IMG/VR virus record: IMGVR_UViG_3300018005_000012
Span: 27,435-91,434 of that record
Length of the DNA: 64,000 nt
Source of the DNA: a virus
Strand: one strand, 5' to 3'
The position numbers and the translations under genes were made by a program. The notes under the pieces were generated by a model. That model saw only the letters and a program-made list of their open reading frames with translations, made no database searches and was not told the DNA's origin. Below, in pieces: positions 28,576 to 38,743 of this stretch. Position 1 is the stretch's first letter; every line of letters starts with the position of its first letter.

Positions 28576-29274
28576 TTAGGTAAATCCAAGTATCTCAACA
28601 AACTCCTGAAGATACTTCTTAGGGATAGTTTTCCCACTTCGATAGGTCTTCGGGAGTTTGCCCAATATTTCATCCTTTGAGAGAGGACTGTTTAAAAGGT
28701 CTTTGAGAGTAACACTTCCTATCGCTTTCGCAAACTGACTACCCATTGCATCTAGCAGATATTCTCTCTTCTGTTCAAGTGTCCAATCACGCTTCATACC
28801 CTCTCTTAAGGGGTAATCTTTCTTCTCCTTAGGCTTGCCCAACTTCACGTTCTGATGAGTGAGAAAGAGGGCGGTGTCATACTTATCCGTGGTGATGACC
28901 AATCCTACACCAAAGGCACGGAAGGCGGTCAATACCTCATAGAAGGCCATCTTCCTCTCTGGATGATGGCTAAAGTAGTCCGACAAACTCAACCACTTCT
29001 TGACCGACCAATCGTAGAATCCTAGCCCTTCGAGAATAATGAAAGGCTCATAAGCATCCTTGTTGTTCGAGAGGTCTTTCAACTGTTCAAAGATACGTCC
29101 ATCATGAACAGAGGCCAGAAAGTCCTTCAGTTCTTTCCTCTCATACATCCTGTTCTTCTCCACGCCCTGAATGATGATGTCAGTGCCAATCTCAGAGTCC
29201 ACTACAGTATCGGGTGGCAGATACTCCTTCAGAGTCTCAAATTCCTGCTTGTTGAGGAAGAGCGTCATAACCAC
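28576..29274 (-). CDS. ERCC4/XPF-family nuclease
   Basis: TDIII..YERK...DFLASVHDGRIFEQL...IILEG. Confidence 0.85.
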   Translation of the reverse strand: MVMTLFLNKQEFETLKEYLPPDTVVDSEIGTDIIIQGVEKNRMYERKELKDFLASVHDGRIFEQLKDLSNNKDAYEPFIILEGLGFYDWSVKKWLSLSDYFSHHPERKMAFYEVLTAFRAFGVGLVITTDKYDTALFLTHQNVKLGKPKEKKDYPLREGMKRDWTLEQKREYLLDAMGSQFAKAIGSVTLKDLLNSPLSKDEILGKLPKTYRSGKTIPKKYLQEFVEILGFT

Positions 29275-29699
29275 TCACACATCTCTTTCAGAGATGAGAA
29301 GATTTGGAAAGCCTCTTTTGGAATATCGTAAAACTTCTCATTATCTCCGCCTGCCTTGTTGGGCACAACGACCATCGGAGAAGCCTTGATTTTGTCTACT
29401 GAGGTTATGAACACTCTCTCCGAGATTTCAATCAAGAGGTCGAAGTTTAGCGACTCATCGGGAAGATGGACAGTAGAAAAGTAGTCCAAATCGTAAAAAC
29501 GCTTCTCTATTTGCAGTCTCTTCTGATTCCCATGAATTGAACACAAAATGTCAAATGGAGACCTATCAGGAATAGTCTTTCCGGCCTCTCCCAAGACCTC
29601 GATTCCTGCCTCTTTCAATGCGACAACCACAGCATTTTGCCCTATCATACCTAGTTCCCCATGTTCCTTGTCATAGATTTTCCTAGTTCCTTCTGGCAC
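29265..29699 (-). CDS. putative PD-(D/E)XK nuclease
   Basis: PFDILC...QIEKR spacing. Confidence 0.45.
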   Translation of the reverse strand: MPEGTRKIYDKEHGELGMIGQNAVVVALKEAGIEVLGEAGKTIPDRSPFDILCSIHGNQKRLQIEKRFYDLDYFSTVHLPDESLNFDLLIEISERVFITSVDKIKASPMVVVPNKAGGDNEKFYDIPKEAFQIFSSLKEMCEWL

Positions 29700-29701
29700 A
29701 T

Positions 29702-29929
29702 CTATCCCTTTAGCCCGAACCTTAATAAGTGTTTCAGCGTCTTGAGGCTGGTGTTCTCATCCCAATTCACGTTCTTCTTGATAGACTTATCCCAACACTT
29801 ATCACCCATTGGATAGCCCATTCCTGTAACACTTATCGTGGCCAACTCCTTCCCATTACAGAAGAGGCACAGTTTGTCGTCTATGGTCGGCACATTTCCC
29901 AACGGATTTGCTGTCGCTTTCTTGCCCAT
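29702..29929 (-). CDS. small Zn-binding protein
   Basis: CLFC..DKC; own TATA box. Confidence 0.55.
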   Translation of the reverse strand: MGKKATANPLGNVPTIDDKLCLFCNGKELATISVTGMGYPMGDKCWDKSIKKNVNWDENTSLKTLKHLLRFGLKG

Positions 29930-30120
29930 ACCACCCCTATGGCATAAACCTTTTTAAGTCTTTCTGTCCATAGGTTGCCGATGAGATTCGACATACAGCA
30001 TCTCTGTGCCTGCAATTGCGGATGCAAAAGGATGTGTCCCATAGACTATGACTTGTGCATTGTCTGTGTAGCCAGTGGTCATGTAAAACCCTTAAATAGG
30101 GTGGCGAGAGAGGGTGTGGT

Positions 30121-30273
30121 ATGAAAGAAGAAGAGTTCAAAGCCCAGAACCAGAAGGAAGCCCAACTGTGTCCAAGAGGACACGCCCATGCTAGAGCCAG
30201 AGACGAAGGGAAACTCAAGTGTGAAAGTTGCGACTGTGCAGTAGTATGTAGGGTGGACACACTTAGAACTTGA
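30121..30273 (+). CDS. 50-aa Zn-ribbon microprotein
   Basis: CTTAAATAGG promoter; CPRGH...CESC. Confidence 0.6.
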   Translation: MKEEEFKAQNQKEAQLCPRGHAHARARDEGKLKCESCDCAVVCRVDTLRT

Positions 30274-30320
30274 TATTTCGGCAAAAAGACTTAAATACTC
30301 GCTCCATATACATATAAGGT

Positions 30321-30845
30321 ATGGTCAACTGTAATAGGTGCGGAGTTGAGTTAACTCCTGAAAATTGGTCTGCAAAAGGAACACATGGATTCAGATGTAA
30401 AAATTGCCATGCCTTAACAATGAGAGAATGGCGACAAAAGAACCCACAAAAGGTTCTAGACTATCGCAAAGACTACGGTAACACTCATAGAAAGGAGATT
30501 CGTGAAGGAGATGCACGACACAGAGAAAGAGCCAAAATTATCGTCAACGAATACTATTCTAATGGAACGAATGCGTGTGCAGACCCCCATCATTTGCATC
30601 TTCCCAATGACCCCATTGCTCGTGATATTCGTGCTCTTGAGATAGACCACATCGGAGATGATGGACAAGACGAGAGAAAGAAACTTGGAAAGGTAGGGTC
30701 TGGATGGCTATTCTACGATTGGCTCATTAAACACAACTTTCCAAAGGGATACCAAGTGTTATGTGCCAGTTGTAACCGTATTAAGCAAATAGAACACCTT
30801 AAGAGAGAACGCTTAAATAGGTTAAAGCAGATACCCCTGCCATGA
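30321..30845 (+). CDS. HNH-type homing endonuclease (IDH...QVLCxxC family)
   Basis: CNRC, CKNC, ALEIDHIG, YQVLCASCNRIK. Confidence 0.8.
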   Translation: MVNCNRCGVELTPENWSAKGTHGFRCKNCHALTMREWRQKNPQKVLDYRKDYGNTHRKEIREGDARHRERAKIIVNEYYSNGTNACADPHHLHLPNDPIARDIRALEIDHIGDDGQDERKKLGKVGSGWLFYDWLIKHNFPKGYQVLCASCNRIKQIEHLKRERLNRLKQIPLP

Positions 30846-31164
30846 GACTCGTAAAGAGAGGTGATAAAACAATTGGCATATAGGAATCCTGATAGAGAAG
30901 ACCCTGATAGCCATAGTTGCTTTCGGTAAGGCTCGTGAGATACAGCGAAGGACTGGCATCCTTCTAGGTCTGGAGAGTCATTCTATCATTTCTGAGATGT
31001 GTAGGCTCTGGGGTGTTAACAACGCAGACGAGTTCTATATGAGGATGAACTCAATGACCAATGCCGAACTTATAGCGGCTGTGGATGCGGCCAAGGCCAG
31101 ACTAAGAAAGAAGAAAGGATTGACGGTGGCAGACCAAATAGAGGTGTTGGCTGGAGTTGCCTGA
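30842..31164 (+). pseudogene. frameshifted or recoded gene of about 100 aa
   Basis: Promoter then ATG 30842 gives MRLVKRGDKTIGI-stop; another frame continues IGILIEKTLIA... to 31164 without a nearby start. Confidence 0.5.
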
Positions 31165-31828
31165 TTCTCGCAAACTTTCCGACATTGAGAAGCAACTCGT
31201 CCAACAGAGCATTCAGAGGCACATGGACGAACTCTTCCAGTGGACTCAGGTGAAGATGGCTCTCCGTCTGCTTAAGGAAGACGAGGGCATAAATCAGGAC
31301 GAATTGAAGTATGTGGAACAGGGGTTGAACGGGGTCTTCAACAACATCCTCAGAGACATCGTGCCAAGAGTGGAGAAGAGAAAGAAGACCTTCATTGAGA
31401 TGACGGATGAAGACTTCGGTGAAATGGTCAAATCCGACCCTCTACTCTCTTACTTCCGAAAGGAAGATTTCATCTACCACGTTACGGCCCCAGACTACGA
31501 AGAGAAGGAGCATCCCATCAAAGACCTCATCTATTCGCCACCTAGCAACAACCGTTTCATGCTAATCGCAACCATAGGAAAGGACGCTCATGGCGTAGAG
31601 CAGAGTTGGGCAATCGTAGACTCCAATCCAGTCACCCAAGCAGTTGTTTCAACTAACAAAGATGGAACTCCCAAAGATACGGTTGCTCACGGAGTCTACC
31701 GAATCTACTGTTTCAAGTGTAAGGAGTTCTTTACCTTTGAGTTGAATGCGGGACAAAACGTGGAGCAGATAGCCTGCGACAAATGCAACTCCACGATAAT
31801 TGAGAAGAGGTTTAAGGTTCATCAGTAG
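31157..31828 (+). CDS. hypothetical protein with C-terminal Zn ribbon
   Basis: GAGGTG SD-like sequence upstream; CFKC..CDKC. Confidence 0.65.
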   Translation: MPDSRKLSDIEKQLVQQSIQRHMDELFQWTQVKMALRLLKEDEGINQDELKYVEQGLNGVFNNILRDIVPRVEKRKKTFIEMTDEDFGEMVKSDPLLSYFRKEDFIYHVTAPDYEEKEHPIKDLIYSPPSNNRFMLIATIGKDAHGVEQSWAIVDSNPVTQAVVSTNKDGTPKDTVAHGVYRIYCFKCKEFFTFELNAGQNVEQIACDKCNSTIIEKRFKVHQ

Positions 31829-32264
31829 TTTCGAGAACGTTGGCAAGAAGATAATTATCTGCCAAGGCTTTCCATTCCGTTTTTTCGAGAAACCCAAGTC
31901 CAGTATTGCAACCATTACAAAGTAAACCTCTTACCTTACCAGTTTTATGATTATGGTCAACTCCATATCCATGTTGAGTTCTTTTCAATGGCTTTTGGCA
32001 AATTGCACAAAGACCATTTTGAACTAACCACATTGTCTCAAAATCTTCTAAAGAGAGACCAAGTTTTTTCAAACGCATAATGAGAAATTCTTGTTTATCT
32101 CGTCTCTTAATGTGCCGAAGTCTTTCCTTTGCCTGTAGTTGTTCTCTATGTGATTTACGATATTCTCGATTGTATTCGTTCCAGTGCTCCCTATTTTTAC
32201 GTCTCCATTCTCTGCAATATTCCTTATTATCATAAGGCATATAATTACCATAATACAGACTCAC
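31812..32264 (-). CDS. endonuclease VII-like homing endonuclease
   Basis: CAIC..VDHNH.TGKVRGLLCNGCN. Confidence 0.85.
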   Translation of the reverse strand: MSLYYGNYMPYDNKEYCREWRRKNREHWNEYNREYRKSHREQLQAKERLRHIKRRDKQEFLIMRLKKLGLSLEDFETMWLVQNGLCAICQKPLKRTQHGYGVDHNHKTGKVRGLLCNGCNTGLGFLEKTEWKALADNYLLANVLETTDEP

Positions 32265-32521
32265 TTATAAGTGTTTCCATACTCTTCGGCCAAAGTTTCG
32301 TCAAGCCTTTCTGCTATAGAAATCAAATAAGTTAGATAATGATAAAACTCGTGAGCCAATGTTTGTTTTGAAACATTACTATTTACAACAATGACACATT
32401 TCCCAATATCAAATTGGGCTTCAAAATCATCGTGAATTTTGGTGGCCATCACTCCTATATAGGGAACACGATACTTTTCACATAAACCATCTATCATTCG
32501 TTGGGCTTGTTCATGATTCAT
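32261..32521 (-). CDS. minimal zincin-like (HExxH) protein
   Basis: TLAHEFYH; in an AT-rich insert together with the EndoVII gene. Confidence 0.55.
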   Translation of the reverse strand: MNHEQAQRMIDGLCEKYRVPYIGVMATKIHDDFEAQFDIGKCVIVVNSNVSKQTLAHEFYHYLTYLISIAERLDETLAEEYGNTYK

Positions 32522-32605
32522 TCAATCACCTTATAAGGCCATAATACAAGACCTTCACCCGCTTAGTCATAACACTTATAACCACCCCAAACTATATAAA
32601 CATTC

Positions 32606-34159
32606 ATGAGCAGTGTGAACGAAAGGCTCCTTAAGACCATAGAAACCGAGTTCGGTCAAATCAAGGACATACAGCCAAAGGACGTAGAGTTAGACCTTAG
32701 TGACCCCGTTACATTTGTTGAGAAGTATGTGACCCTGCCAGAGAAGGCCCCACCCGAACAGAAGACTTGGTTCGAGAAGCGGCCTTGGCTTCCAGAACTC
32801 TACCGAGATGAGAGCAAACGAATCGTCATAGTCAAGGGCAGACAGATGGAAGTCTCCGAGTATGCTGTCAATATGCTCTTCTATTGGGGTCTCAAGTGGC
32901 CGGGAAAGTATATCTACGCTTCATCTTCGGGTGAGAAGGCAGACAACTTCAGCCACGATAGGTTCCAAAAGCAACTGCTCCGAAGCCCCACTCTTCAAGC
33001 CCTCACAAGAGGGCAGGCTGTCAGAAGGATTGTCTATGGCAACTCTCAACTCTACTTCATGACAGGCTATGAAGACACCAAAACCTTGAGAAGCATTGAC
33101 GCTGATGGCATCATTCTAGACGAGTTCCAAGACTATAGAGCCAACTCCGTCCCTATCGCAGAAGAGGGCATCCAACACAGTGCTCTGAAGAGGCTGTGGG
33201 TAATCGGAACGCCTCTGCTAACCGGAACCAACTTCTCCAATCTCTGGGATAACAGCACAAAGAAGGAATGGAAGGTGGATAAACAAGTGTGGGAAGTGGA
33301 GAATCCTGAGTCCGATAAGGCATGGACTGGATACCACATCAGTCAAGATTTCGCTGTGAATGTCTGGATTACACCAGAAGACATGGAATACAGACGCAAG
33401 AAGAAGCCACGACAGGAGTTCATGAACGAGGTCTTGGGGCTATTCTATGCTGGTCTTGGCAGACCAACTGACTACGGTTACATGAGAACCCTCTTCAGTC
33501 CGGTCTTGACGAAGGGACAGTTTGCGGCAAACGATTTGCTACTGGCTGGTGTAGATTGGGGTGTCTCAAAGGCCAACACCGTCTTCTACGTCATCCGTCC
33601 CCGCCTCTTGGAGTTACCAGACATCTACACTCTCGACACCATCTACATCGAGAAGGTGGAAGACCCAGACCTCACCAAACAGATTACCAGAGTGGCCACC
33701 CTGCTCAAGACCTTTCCCATAAGACTAGCCATGCTAGACTATGGTTCAGGCTTCGTCCAGAATCAGACACTCTTCAAGGAGTTCGGCAATCGTGTGATGC
33801 AAGTGGAGTTGGGCAGTGGCAAAGCGGGCCAACCCATCACCATTGAAAACACACCTTTTGGCAGATTTGTGAAGGTGAACAGAACGTGGGCCATTGACAC
33901 GGCTATGGATTACGTCACCAAACCAGAGAGGTTCAGAATCTACAGTGAGGTAGATGAAGGAACACGAGACTGGATTATCAGCGACTTCCTAGCGGAGTAT
34001 CCAGAGAACAGCACGACTACGGGCAAGAAGATATGGGTTCACAACCCCGATACCACCGATGACGTTCTCATGGCCTTCGTCAACGCTGTAATAGGCTTCC
34101 ACCTTCAGAAGGGCTCCACGGTATCGGGAAATGCCGAAGACTGGATTTCCTTCGTCTAG
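32606..34159 (+). CDS. terL: terminase large subunit
   Basis: KGRQMEVSE (GpA-like Walker A), ILDEFQ, IGTP; nuclease motifs GVDWG...DDVLMA. Confidence 0.88.
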   Translation: MSSVNERLLKTIETEFGQIKDIQPKDVELDLSDPVTFVEKYVTLPEKAPPEQKTWFEKRPWLPELYRDESKRIVIVKGRQMEVSEYAVNMLFYWGLKWPGKYIYASSSGEKADNFSHDRFQKQLLRSPTLQALTRGQAVRRIVYGNSQLYFMTGYEDTKTLRSIDADGIILDEFQDYRANSVPIAEEGIQHSALKRLWVIGTPLLTGTNFSNLWDNSTKKEWKVDKQVWEVENPESDKAWTGYHISQDFAVNVWITPEDMEYRRKKKPRQEFMNEVLGLFYAGLGRPTDYGYMRTLFSPVLTKGQFAANDLLLAGVDWGVSKANTVFYVIRPRLLELPDIYTLDTIYIEKVEDPDLTKQITRVATLLKTFPIRLAMLDYGSGFVQNQTLFKEFGNRVMQVELGSGKAGQPITIENTPFGRFVKVNRTWAIDTAMDYVTKPERFRIYSEVDEGTRDWIISDFLAEYPENSTTTGKKIWVHNPDTTDDVLMAFVNAVIGFHLQKGSTVSGNAEDWISFV

Positions 34160-34194
34160 TAGGCTTTAAATAAGACGAGTATTATAATACTCAT

Positions 34195-34638
34195 ATGGAT
34201 TGGTCTTACGTTGCTGGTCTGTTTGATGGGGAAGGTAGTGTTACATTCCTCAAAAATAAGGGGAGTTTCCATCTTATGATAAGCATTTCGGCTTCACATC
34301 AACCAACTCGACAAGCATTGGAAGAGTTCTTAACTCAGAGGGGGATTAGTTCGTCTACTTCCACTACCAAAAATCCTTTGGGTCAAAGTAGTCGTATCGT
34401 AATAGAAAACTGGGATGGAGCAAGAAAGTTTTGTCATGCCATTCTTCCTTATGTAATCGAGAAGAAACGTCATATTGCGATAGTATTCAAGATTTTCCAA
34501 TTAAGAACAAAAGTGGCCTTGAATGATGAGATGTTTATCTCTCATACTGCCGAATTTGACGCTTTGCGGCAAGAACTTCATGCTCTAGCCAACAAAGGGC
34601 CGTCCCTTAAGAGAGAGTGGGAAAACACCTTTAAATAG
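34195..34638 (+). CDS. LAGLIDADG homing endonuclease (single motif)
   Basis: YVAGLFDGEGSV...ILPYVIEKK. Confidence 0.88.
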   Translation: MDWSYVAGLFDGEGSVTFLKNKGSFHLMISISASHQPTRQALEEFLTQRGISSSTSTTKNPLGQSSRIVIENWDGARKFCHAILPYVIEKKRHIAIVFKIFQLRTKVALNDEMFISHTAEFDALRQELHALANKGPSLKREWENTFK

Positions 34639-34662
34639 TTCCCTCACCCTAATCATGTTAGT

Positions 34663-36249
34663 ATGGCACAGCCCCCAGATGAAGGAGTCATTCCTAGAGA
34701 CCCAACAGTTTGGAATTACATTGAACCGAGTGCTCCTGCTCCAGAACCAGAGGCCCAACCACTAAGTCCTGAGACAGCACAATCTACACCTGCTCCTTAC
34801 GATACAATAAATGTTGCTTTGGACGGATGGGAATATCGCATCTTCACAGAATGGTTGGGCGAAGACGAGATAGAGCAAAAGAAGAATGTGGACATCTTCC
34901 TTGACATACTTAAAAAGTATGACTCCTCTGCGTCAGCCACTCATGAGAAATCTAAGAAACATTCCGGCTACTCTTGGGTATTTCGTTTCGGCTTGCTTGG
35001 CGACCCTGCAAACGTGACAGAAGCAATCGAGAATACCGATGCCCAACTCCTTAGTATGACCTCAAATTGGAAAGTAAAAAACGGAACAGCGAAAGCACTT
35101 GTGAAAAGGATGGATGGAACAGAAGACGTTTACGAACTTCCTCCAGACCTAATCTCTTCCGACATCGCCACCACCATGTATAGACTTCTAGACTTGGTGC
35201 AAACTGGCGGGACTAAACCATCCCCTGAGACTGAATCCAGAACCTCAGAACTCCGCCAAATGACATCTCCCGATTCTGATGAGTATTGCACAGAGCATAA
35301 TAAGACGGGTGCAGAACACACCGATGAAGAGAGAGAACAAGACATATTAGGAGCAAAAGGAGAGGAAGGCTATCCAGAGGACAGAGTTGATATGAAATTG
35401 TCATACCCCTCAAGACCAGAACCAGTGCCAGAGCCAGAAGAGAAAGAACCGCTTATAGACATTCCGAGTCTTGTTGAAGGTATACAAAGAGGAGAGAAAG
35501 AGGACGAGGCTGGTCACAAGTGCCCAAATTGTGGGTCATACAATACCACCCCAATAAACGAAGCAAAAACTCAATACAGATGTCTGGACTGTCACGAGCC
35601 TTGGGAGTGTGAGAAATGCACCAAAGATTGGGAGAAGAGTGAAGATGATGGCATCGCTAGTCTTGAGTCAGAATTAGAAGGTTTAGAGACTGCCATTCAG
35701 AGCATGGACTTTGGAAATAAGAGTTGGACTCCGGGCTATCAGGCCGTTCCAAAGGCTCTGACTGAAGGTAAAGAGCCATTCAAACACAAACCAATCAAAC
35801 CACGAATGGGAGACCTGCCCGGTTCCGAGACCACTGAATTTGACGAAACTGGAAGACCCAAGCAATATCCCTATCTTGAACAAGAACCCATGCCAGAGCC
35901 AGAGCCGCAACCCGACTGGGGCAGATGGAAAAAGGACGTAGATACCTACAGCACAGAGATGTCCAATCTCATTGACACCGTTCTCAAAATCGGAGACGAC
36001 CCAACAGGGACTCCTGAGGCGATAGAAAAGACTGGAAAGGTAGCCGCAGACAGAATGAAAGAGATTGTGGATTGGGCAACAGAGTTGCTTGAGAAGGTCA
36101 CAAAACAGATGGAAACCTCTCTAGACGCAGGCCCAGACCCAGAGTATATCATAGACAGTCTCCAGAACATGATTGACTACGGGAACCGTTTCCATATGCT
36201 TCTCATCCAAAGTCAAGAGAAGGCTAAGACGATGAGCATCCCACAGTAG
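34663..36249 (+). CDS. acidic multi-module Zn-finger protein
   Basis: CPNC..CLDC, acidic linkers, helical C-terminus ending KTMSIPQ; CACCTTTAAATAGT promoter. Confidence 0.7.
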   Translation: MAQPPDEGVIPRDPTVWNYIEPSAPAPEPEAQPLSPETAQSTPAPYDTINVALDGWEYRIFTEWLGEDEIEQKKNVDIFLDILKKYDSSASATHEKSKKHSGYSWVFRFGLLGDPANVTEAIENTDAQLLSMTSNWKVKNGTAKALVKRMDGTEDVYELPPDLISSDIATTMYRLLDLVQTGGTKPSPETESRTSELRQMTSPDSDEYCTEHNKTGAEHTDEEREQDILGAKGEEGYPEDRVDMKLSYPSRPEPVPEPEEKEPLIDIPSLVEGIQRGEKEDEAGHKCPNCGSYNTTPINEAKTQYRCLDCHEPWECEKCTKDWEKSEDDGIASLESELEGLETAIQSMDFGNKSWTPGYQAVPKALTEGKEPFKHKPIKPRMGDLPGSETTEFDETGRPKQYPYLEQEPMPEPEPQPDWGRWKKDVDTYSTEMSNLIDTVLKIGDDPTGTPEAIEKTGKVAADRMKEIVDWATELLEKVTKQMETSLDAGPDPEYIIDSLQNMIDYGNRFHMLLIQSQEKAKTMSIPQ

Positions 36250-36286
36250 TCAAATCTTTAAATACTAAGAGAGACATACCCTTGCC

Positions 36287-36613
36287 ATGAGTCTTCCAGA
36301 TGAAGTTCCAAAGACTGAGGCTCAGGTCATGGAGGTAATGAGAAACCTATTCTCATCCACATATGCTCTCGATAAACCCGACAGAGAACTTGTTTTCCGT
36401 CTCATGCAATATGGGAAGGATAAGGTCGGATTGGAGAAGGAAGAGATAGCCCTGCTCCAAGCGAAAGGACTGATGGATAAGGACGAGACTTTCCTCATTC
36501 CAGATGAGTTCTGGTTCAGAGGCTTGGTAACGCCTTCCTTCTGGCTTAAGTGTTTGTTGGCCTTTCACGATTTGTTGGACTTCACCGGACTCCAAGGGGA
36601 AGAGAAGAAATGA
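36287..36613 (+). CDS. hypothetical protein
   Basis: Own TTTAAATA promoter; first gene of a coupled three-gene run. Confidence 0.6.
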   Translation: MSLPDEVPKTEAQVMEVMRNLFSSTYALDKPDRELVFRLMQYGKDKVGLEKEEIALLQAKGLMDKDETFLIPDEFWFRGLVTPSFWLKCLLAFHDLLDFTGLQGEEKK

Positions 36614-36975
36614 AACTCCACCCACAGGATTGGGTTGCCATCGTTTCAATCGTCTCAGACATAGTGATAGGAGCCGTCTTCTTTACTATGGGCAATATCC
36701 CAATGTCACTGTTCGCCATCGCTGGAAGCATCGTACCAGTCGTGCTCGTGGACTACTACGAAGACCGCTTCTACAGAAGGGGAGGAAAGATTACTTGGCT
36801 TGACTTCATGCAAATTCGGGATTTGATGGCCCACGGAAACAACTTTGAGGCCATAAAGTTTACCATGAAACGAGCCTTCAACATGGACGAAAAGGAGATT
36901 CTTGTCCTCAAACCAGAGGAGTTCGCAAACCTTATGAGCAAGTTGCGTGTAGAACAACGCAAAGATGAGACATAA
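36610..36975 (+). CDS. membrane protein
   Basis: ATGA overlap; two N-terminal TM helices. Confidence 0.6.
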   Translation: MKLHPQDWVAIVSIVSDIVIGAVFFTMGNIPMSLFAIAGSIVPVVLVDYYEDRFYRRGGKITWLDFMQIRDLMAHGNNFEAIKFTMKRAFNMDEKEILVLKPEEFANLMSKLRVEQRKDET

Positions 36976-37268
36976 TGGCTTGGCTTCCACCCGACTTCTC
37001 TGAAGCCCTACAGGGGCTAGAGACCGAAAAGTATGTGTTCGTGAAGTGTTTAGTATGCCAATCGGTCTACAGGTGGGGCATCTATGGCTTTCAAGAGGGG
37101 GCTGTCCACTGCCCGATTTGCGGGGCTGTAACTTGGAATCCTAAACTGGTAAGCAAGATGGACTACCTCCACTTCCTACAGAAGATGGGAAGCGTAAAGA
37201 ATCTAGCAGACTTACAGAAGAAACTCTGGGACTACAGACGAAATGATGAGAATCAGCAAAGACGCTGA
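36975..37268 (+). CDS. Zn-ribbon protein
   Basis: CLVC..CPIC; TAATG overlap. Confidence 0.6.
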   Translation: MAWLPPDFSEALQGLETEKYVFVKCLVCQSVYRWGIYGFQEGAVHCPICGAVTWNPKLVSKMDYLHFLQKMGSVKNLADLQKKLWDYRRNDENQQRR

Positions 37269-37280
37269 ACTACTCACTAC

Positions 37281-37481
37281 TTAGGCCGGAGCAATCTGCT
37301 CTTCTGTGGTTAGGAATACGACTACTACACCTACGACAGCCGCTACAAAGACAACGACTGGCCCTGAAACGGCTAGAGGGAGATATGCCGGAAGTATGGC
37401 TCCTAGCAATGCCCCTAGTGCAGTTACGACACCTATACACAGACCAAGGATTGGCTTACTCACGGATAGAGTTGTGGTCAT
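37281..37481 (-). CDS. small two-TM protein (holin-like)
   Basis: 66 aa, almost entirely hydrophobic. Confidence 0.55.
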   Translation of the reverse strand: MTTTLSVSKPILGLCIGVVTALGALLGAILPAYLPLAVSGPVVVFVAAVVGVVVVFLTTEEQIAPA

Positions 37482-37981
37482 GTCTTCTTCTTACGTTTGC
37501 TTCCCTTATAAGCATTCTGTAGTATCTCTTTCTTCATCTTTCCCATTGCTTTTGCGTAAGGGCCAAAGTCTATGACTGGAAATGGCGTTACAATCATATC
37601 TGGCTTGGGTTGTGGAAGGTAGTTCGTAACGCCATCGGCTAACTCCTTAGGAAGCAAGCCTCTCTCTATCATCTCTTCAGTGTGGATAATACAAGCGATG
37701 TTCCACAGGGCGGCTGAAAGGTGGTCTTCCTCTCTATATCCCTCTCTCCATTCGTTGAGATGGCGTAGAGCACTGTCCAAGAATCGAGTAATGGGAATCC
37801 CTTTCTCCCAGTTGCGGTCTCCATACTTCCGTGCCCCGTTCTCATAGTGCTTGGCCAACCTTCGGAGAACTATCGGTGAGATAAGGTCATAACGTCCCTT
37901 ACCACATTGAATGTCTCGCACTGCTCCCGTTTTGAACTTTTGTCTCGTTCCTGAGTCTTTGACCTCTTCGTATTCAGTCAT
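37478..37981 (-). CDS. dATP/dGTP diphosphohydrolase-like protein (DUF5664)
   Basis: TGAVRD..GKGRYDLI, GARKYGDRNWEKGIP, SALRHL, EDHL.AA.WN. Confidence 0.85.
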   Translation of the reverse strand: MTEYEEVKDSGTRQKFKTGAVRDIQCGKGRYDLISPIVLRRLAKHYENGARKYGDRNWEKGIPITRFLDSALRHLNEWREGYREEDHLSAALWNIACIIHTEEMIERGLLPKELADGVTNYLPQPKPDMIVTPFPVIDFGPYAKAMGKMKKEILQNAYKGSKRKKKT

Positions 37982-38469
37982 TTGCTCTTCCCCCTTGCCA
38001 GATTGAATGAGGCGATGAACTCATCAACACTGGTGAAGATGGCTGTAGCATAATACACCAACCACGGATGCCCCATCTTGGTCTTATCTTCAATTATGAT
38101 GTAAACAGGATGATGAAGAACTTTGCTGGCATAGAAGACTTCCATCGGTGTCCCAACTGAAATTTTGTCCGTGAAGAACGCAACAACACCATCGGTCTTT
38201 CGTATGGCTCGAAGGTCACGTTCCACCACAACTTTCGGAACGTTGGCTTTCAATCCCCATCTAGACCACTTCTGTCGTTCTGCTTTGTCCTTTAACTTCT
38301 CCTTCTTGGATAACTTGTCGAAACGTTTAACATCGGTTCGCCCTTCAACATCATAGAAAGGATTGACCAACTTAAGCCCTGTCTTCTTCTCTATCTGTAG
38401 TTCTTCCTTACGGAGCCGAAGCCTATCTCCGAAGGGATGGGCCATATACAGTGTGTGAATCCGTTTCAT
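37978..38469 (-). CDS. nucleoside 2-deoxyribosyltransferase/nucleotide hydrolase-like protein
   Basis: LYMAHPF, NPF, RDLRAI..TDGVVA, SVGTPMEV.YA. Confidence 0.8.
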   Translation of the reverse strand: MKRIHTLYMAHPFGDRLRLRKEELQIEKKTGLKLVNPFYDVEGRTDVKRFDKLSKKEKLKDKAERQKWSRWGLKANVPKVVVERDLRAIRKTDGVVAFFTDKISVGTPMEVFYASKVLHHPVYIIIEDKTKMGHPWLVYYATAIFTSVDEFIASFNLARGKSK

Positions 38470-38550
38470 GGCTTACCCCTCGCATCCAAAGTATAAAAGG
38501 ATTCTGTTCCCCCAATCTTTATATAGGTCGCAAACGGTAAGTATGCTATC

Positions 38551-38739
38551 TTGGTAAAGGAATGGAAAAAGTTGATTAGCACGGCTCATGCGACCACCCG
38601 TATTGCTCACATCAATGCTGACTTGATTCGAGAACTCATTCCAAACGCCACTGCAAAGACTCCGCTTCGTGGTAAATGGACTGTCGAACAGAGAGGAGAT
38701 AAGAAGGTTCTGATTCTAGAGATACACGAGAGCGAGTGA
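38551..38739 (+). CDS. small protein, possibly AbrB-like
   Basis: Own TATA box; beta-helix-beta pattern. Confidence 0.45.
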   Translation: MVKEWKKLISTAHATTRIAHINADLIRELIPNATAKTPLRGKWTVEQRGDKKVLILEIHESE

Positions 38740-38743
38740 GAGA

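Noticed and set aside
32606-34638. Intein or intron in terL or polB associated with adjacent endonucleases
   Set aside because: Both genes are continuous and of normal length; the endonucleases have their own promoters
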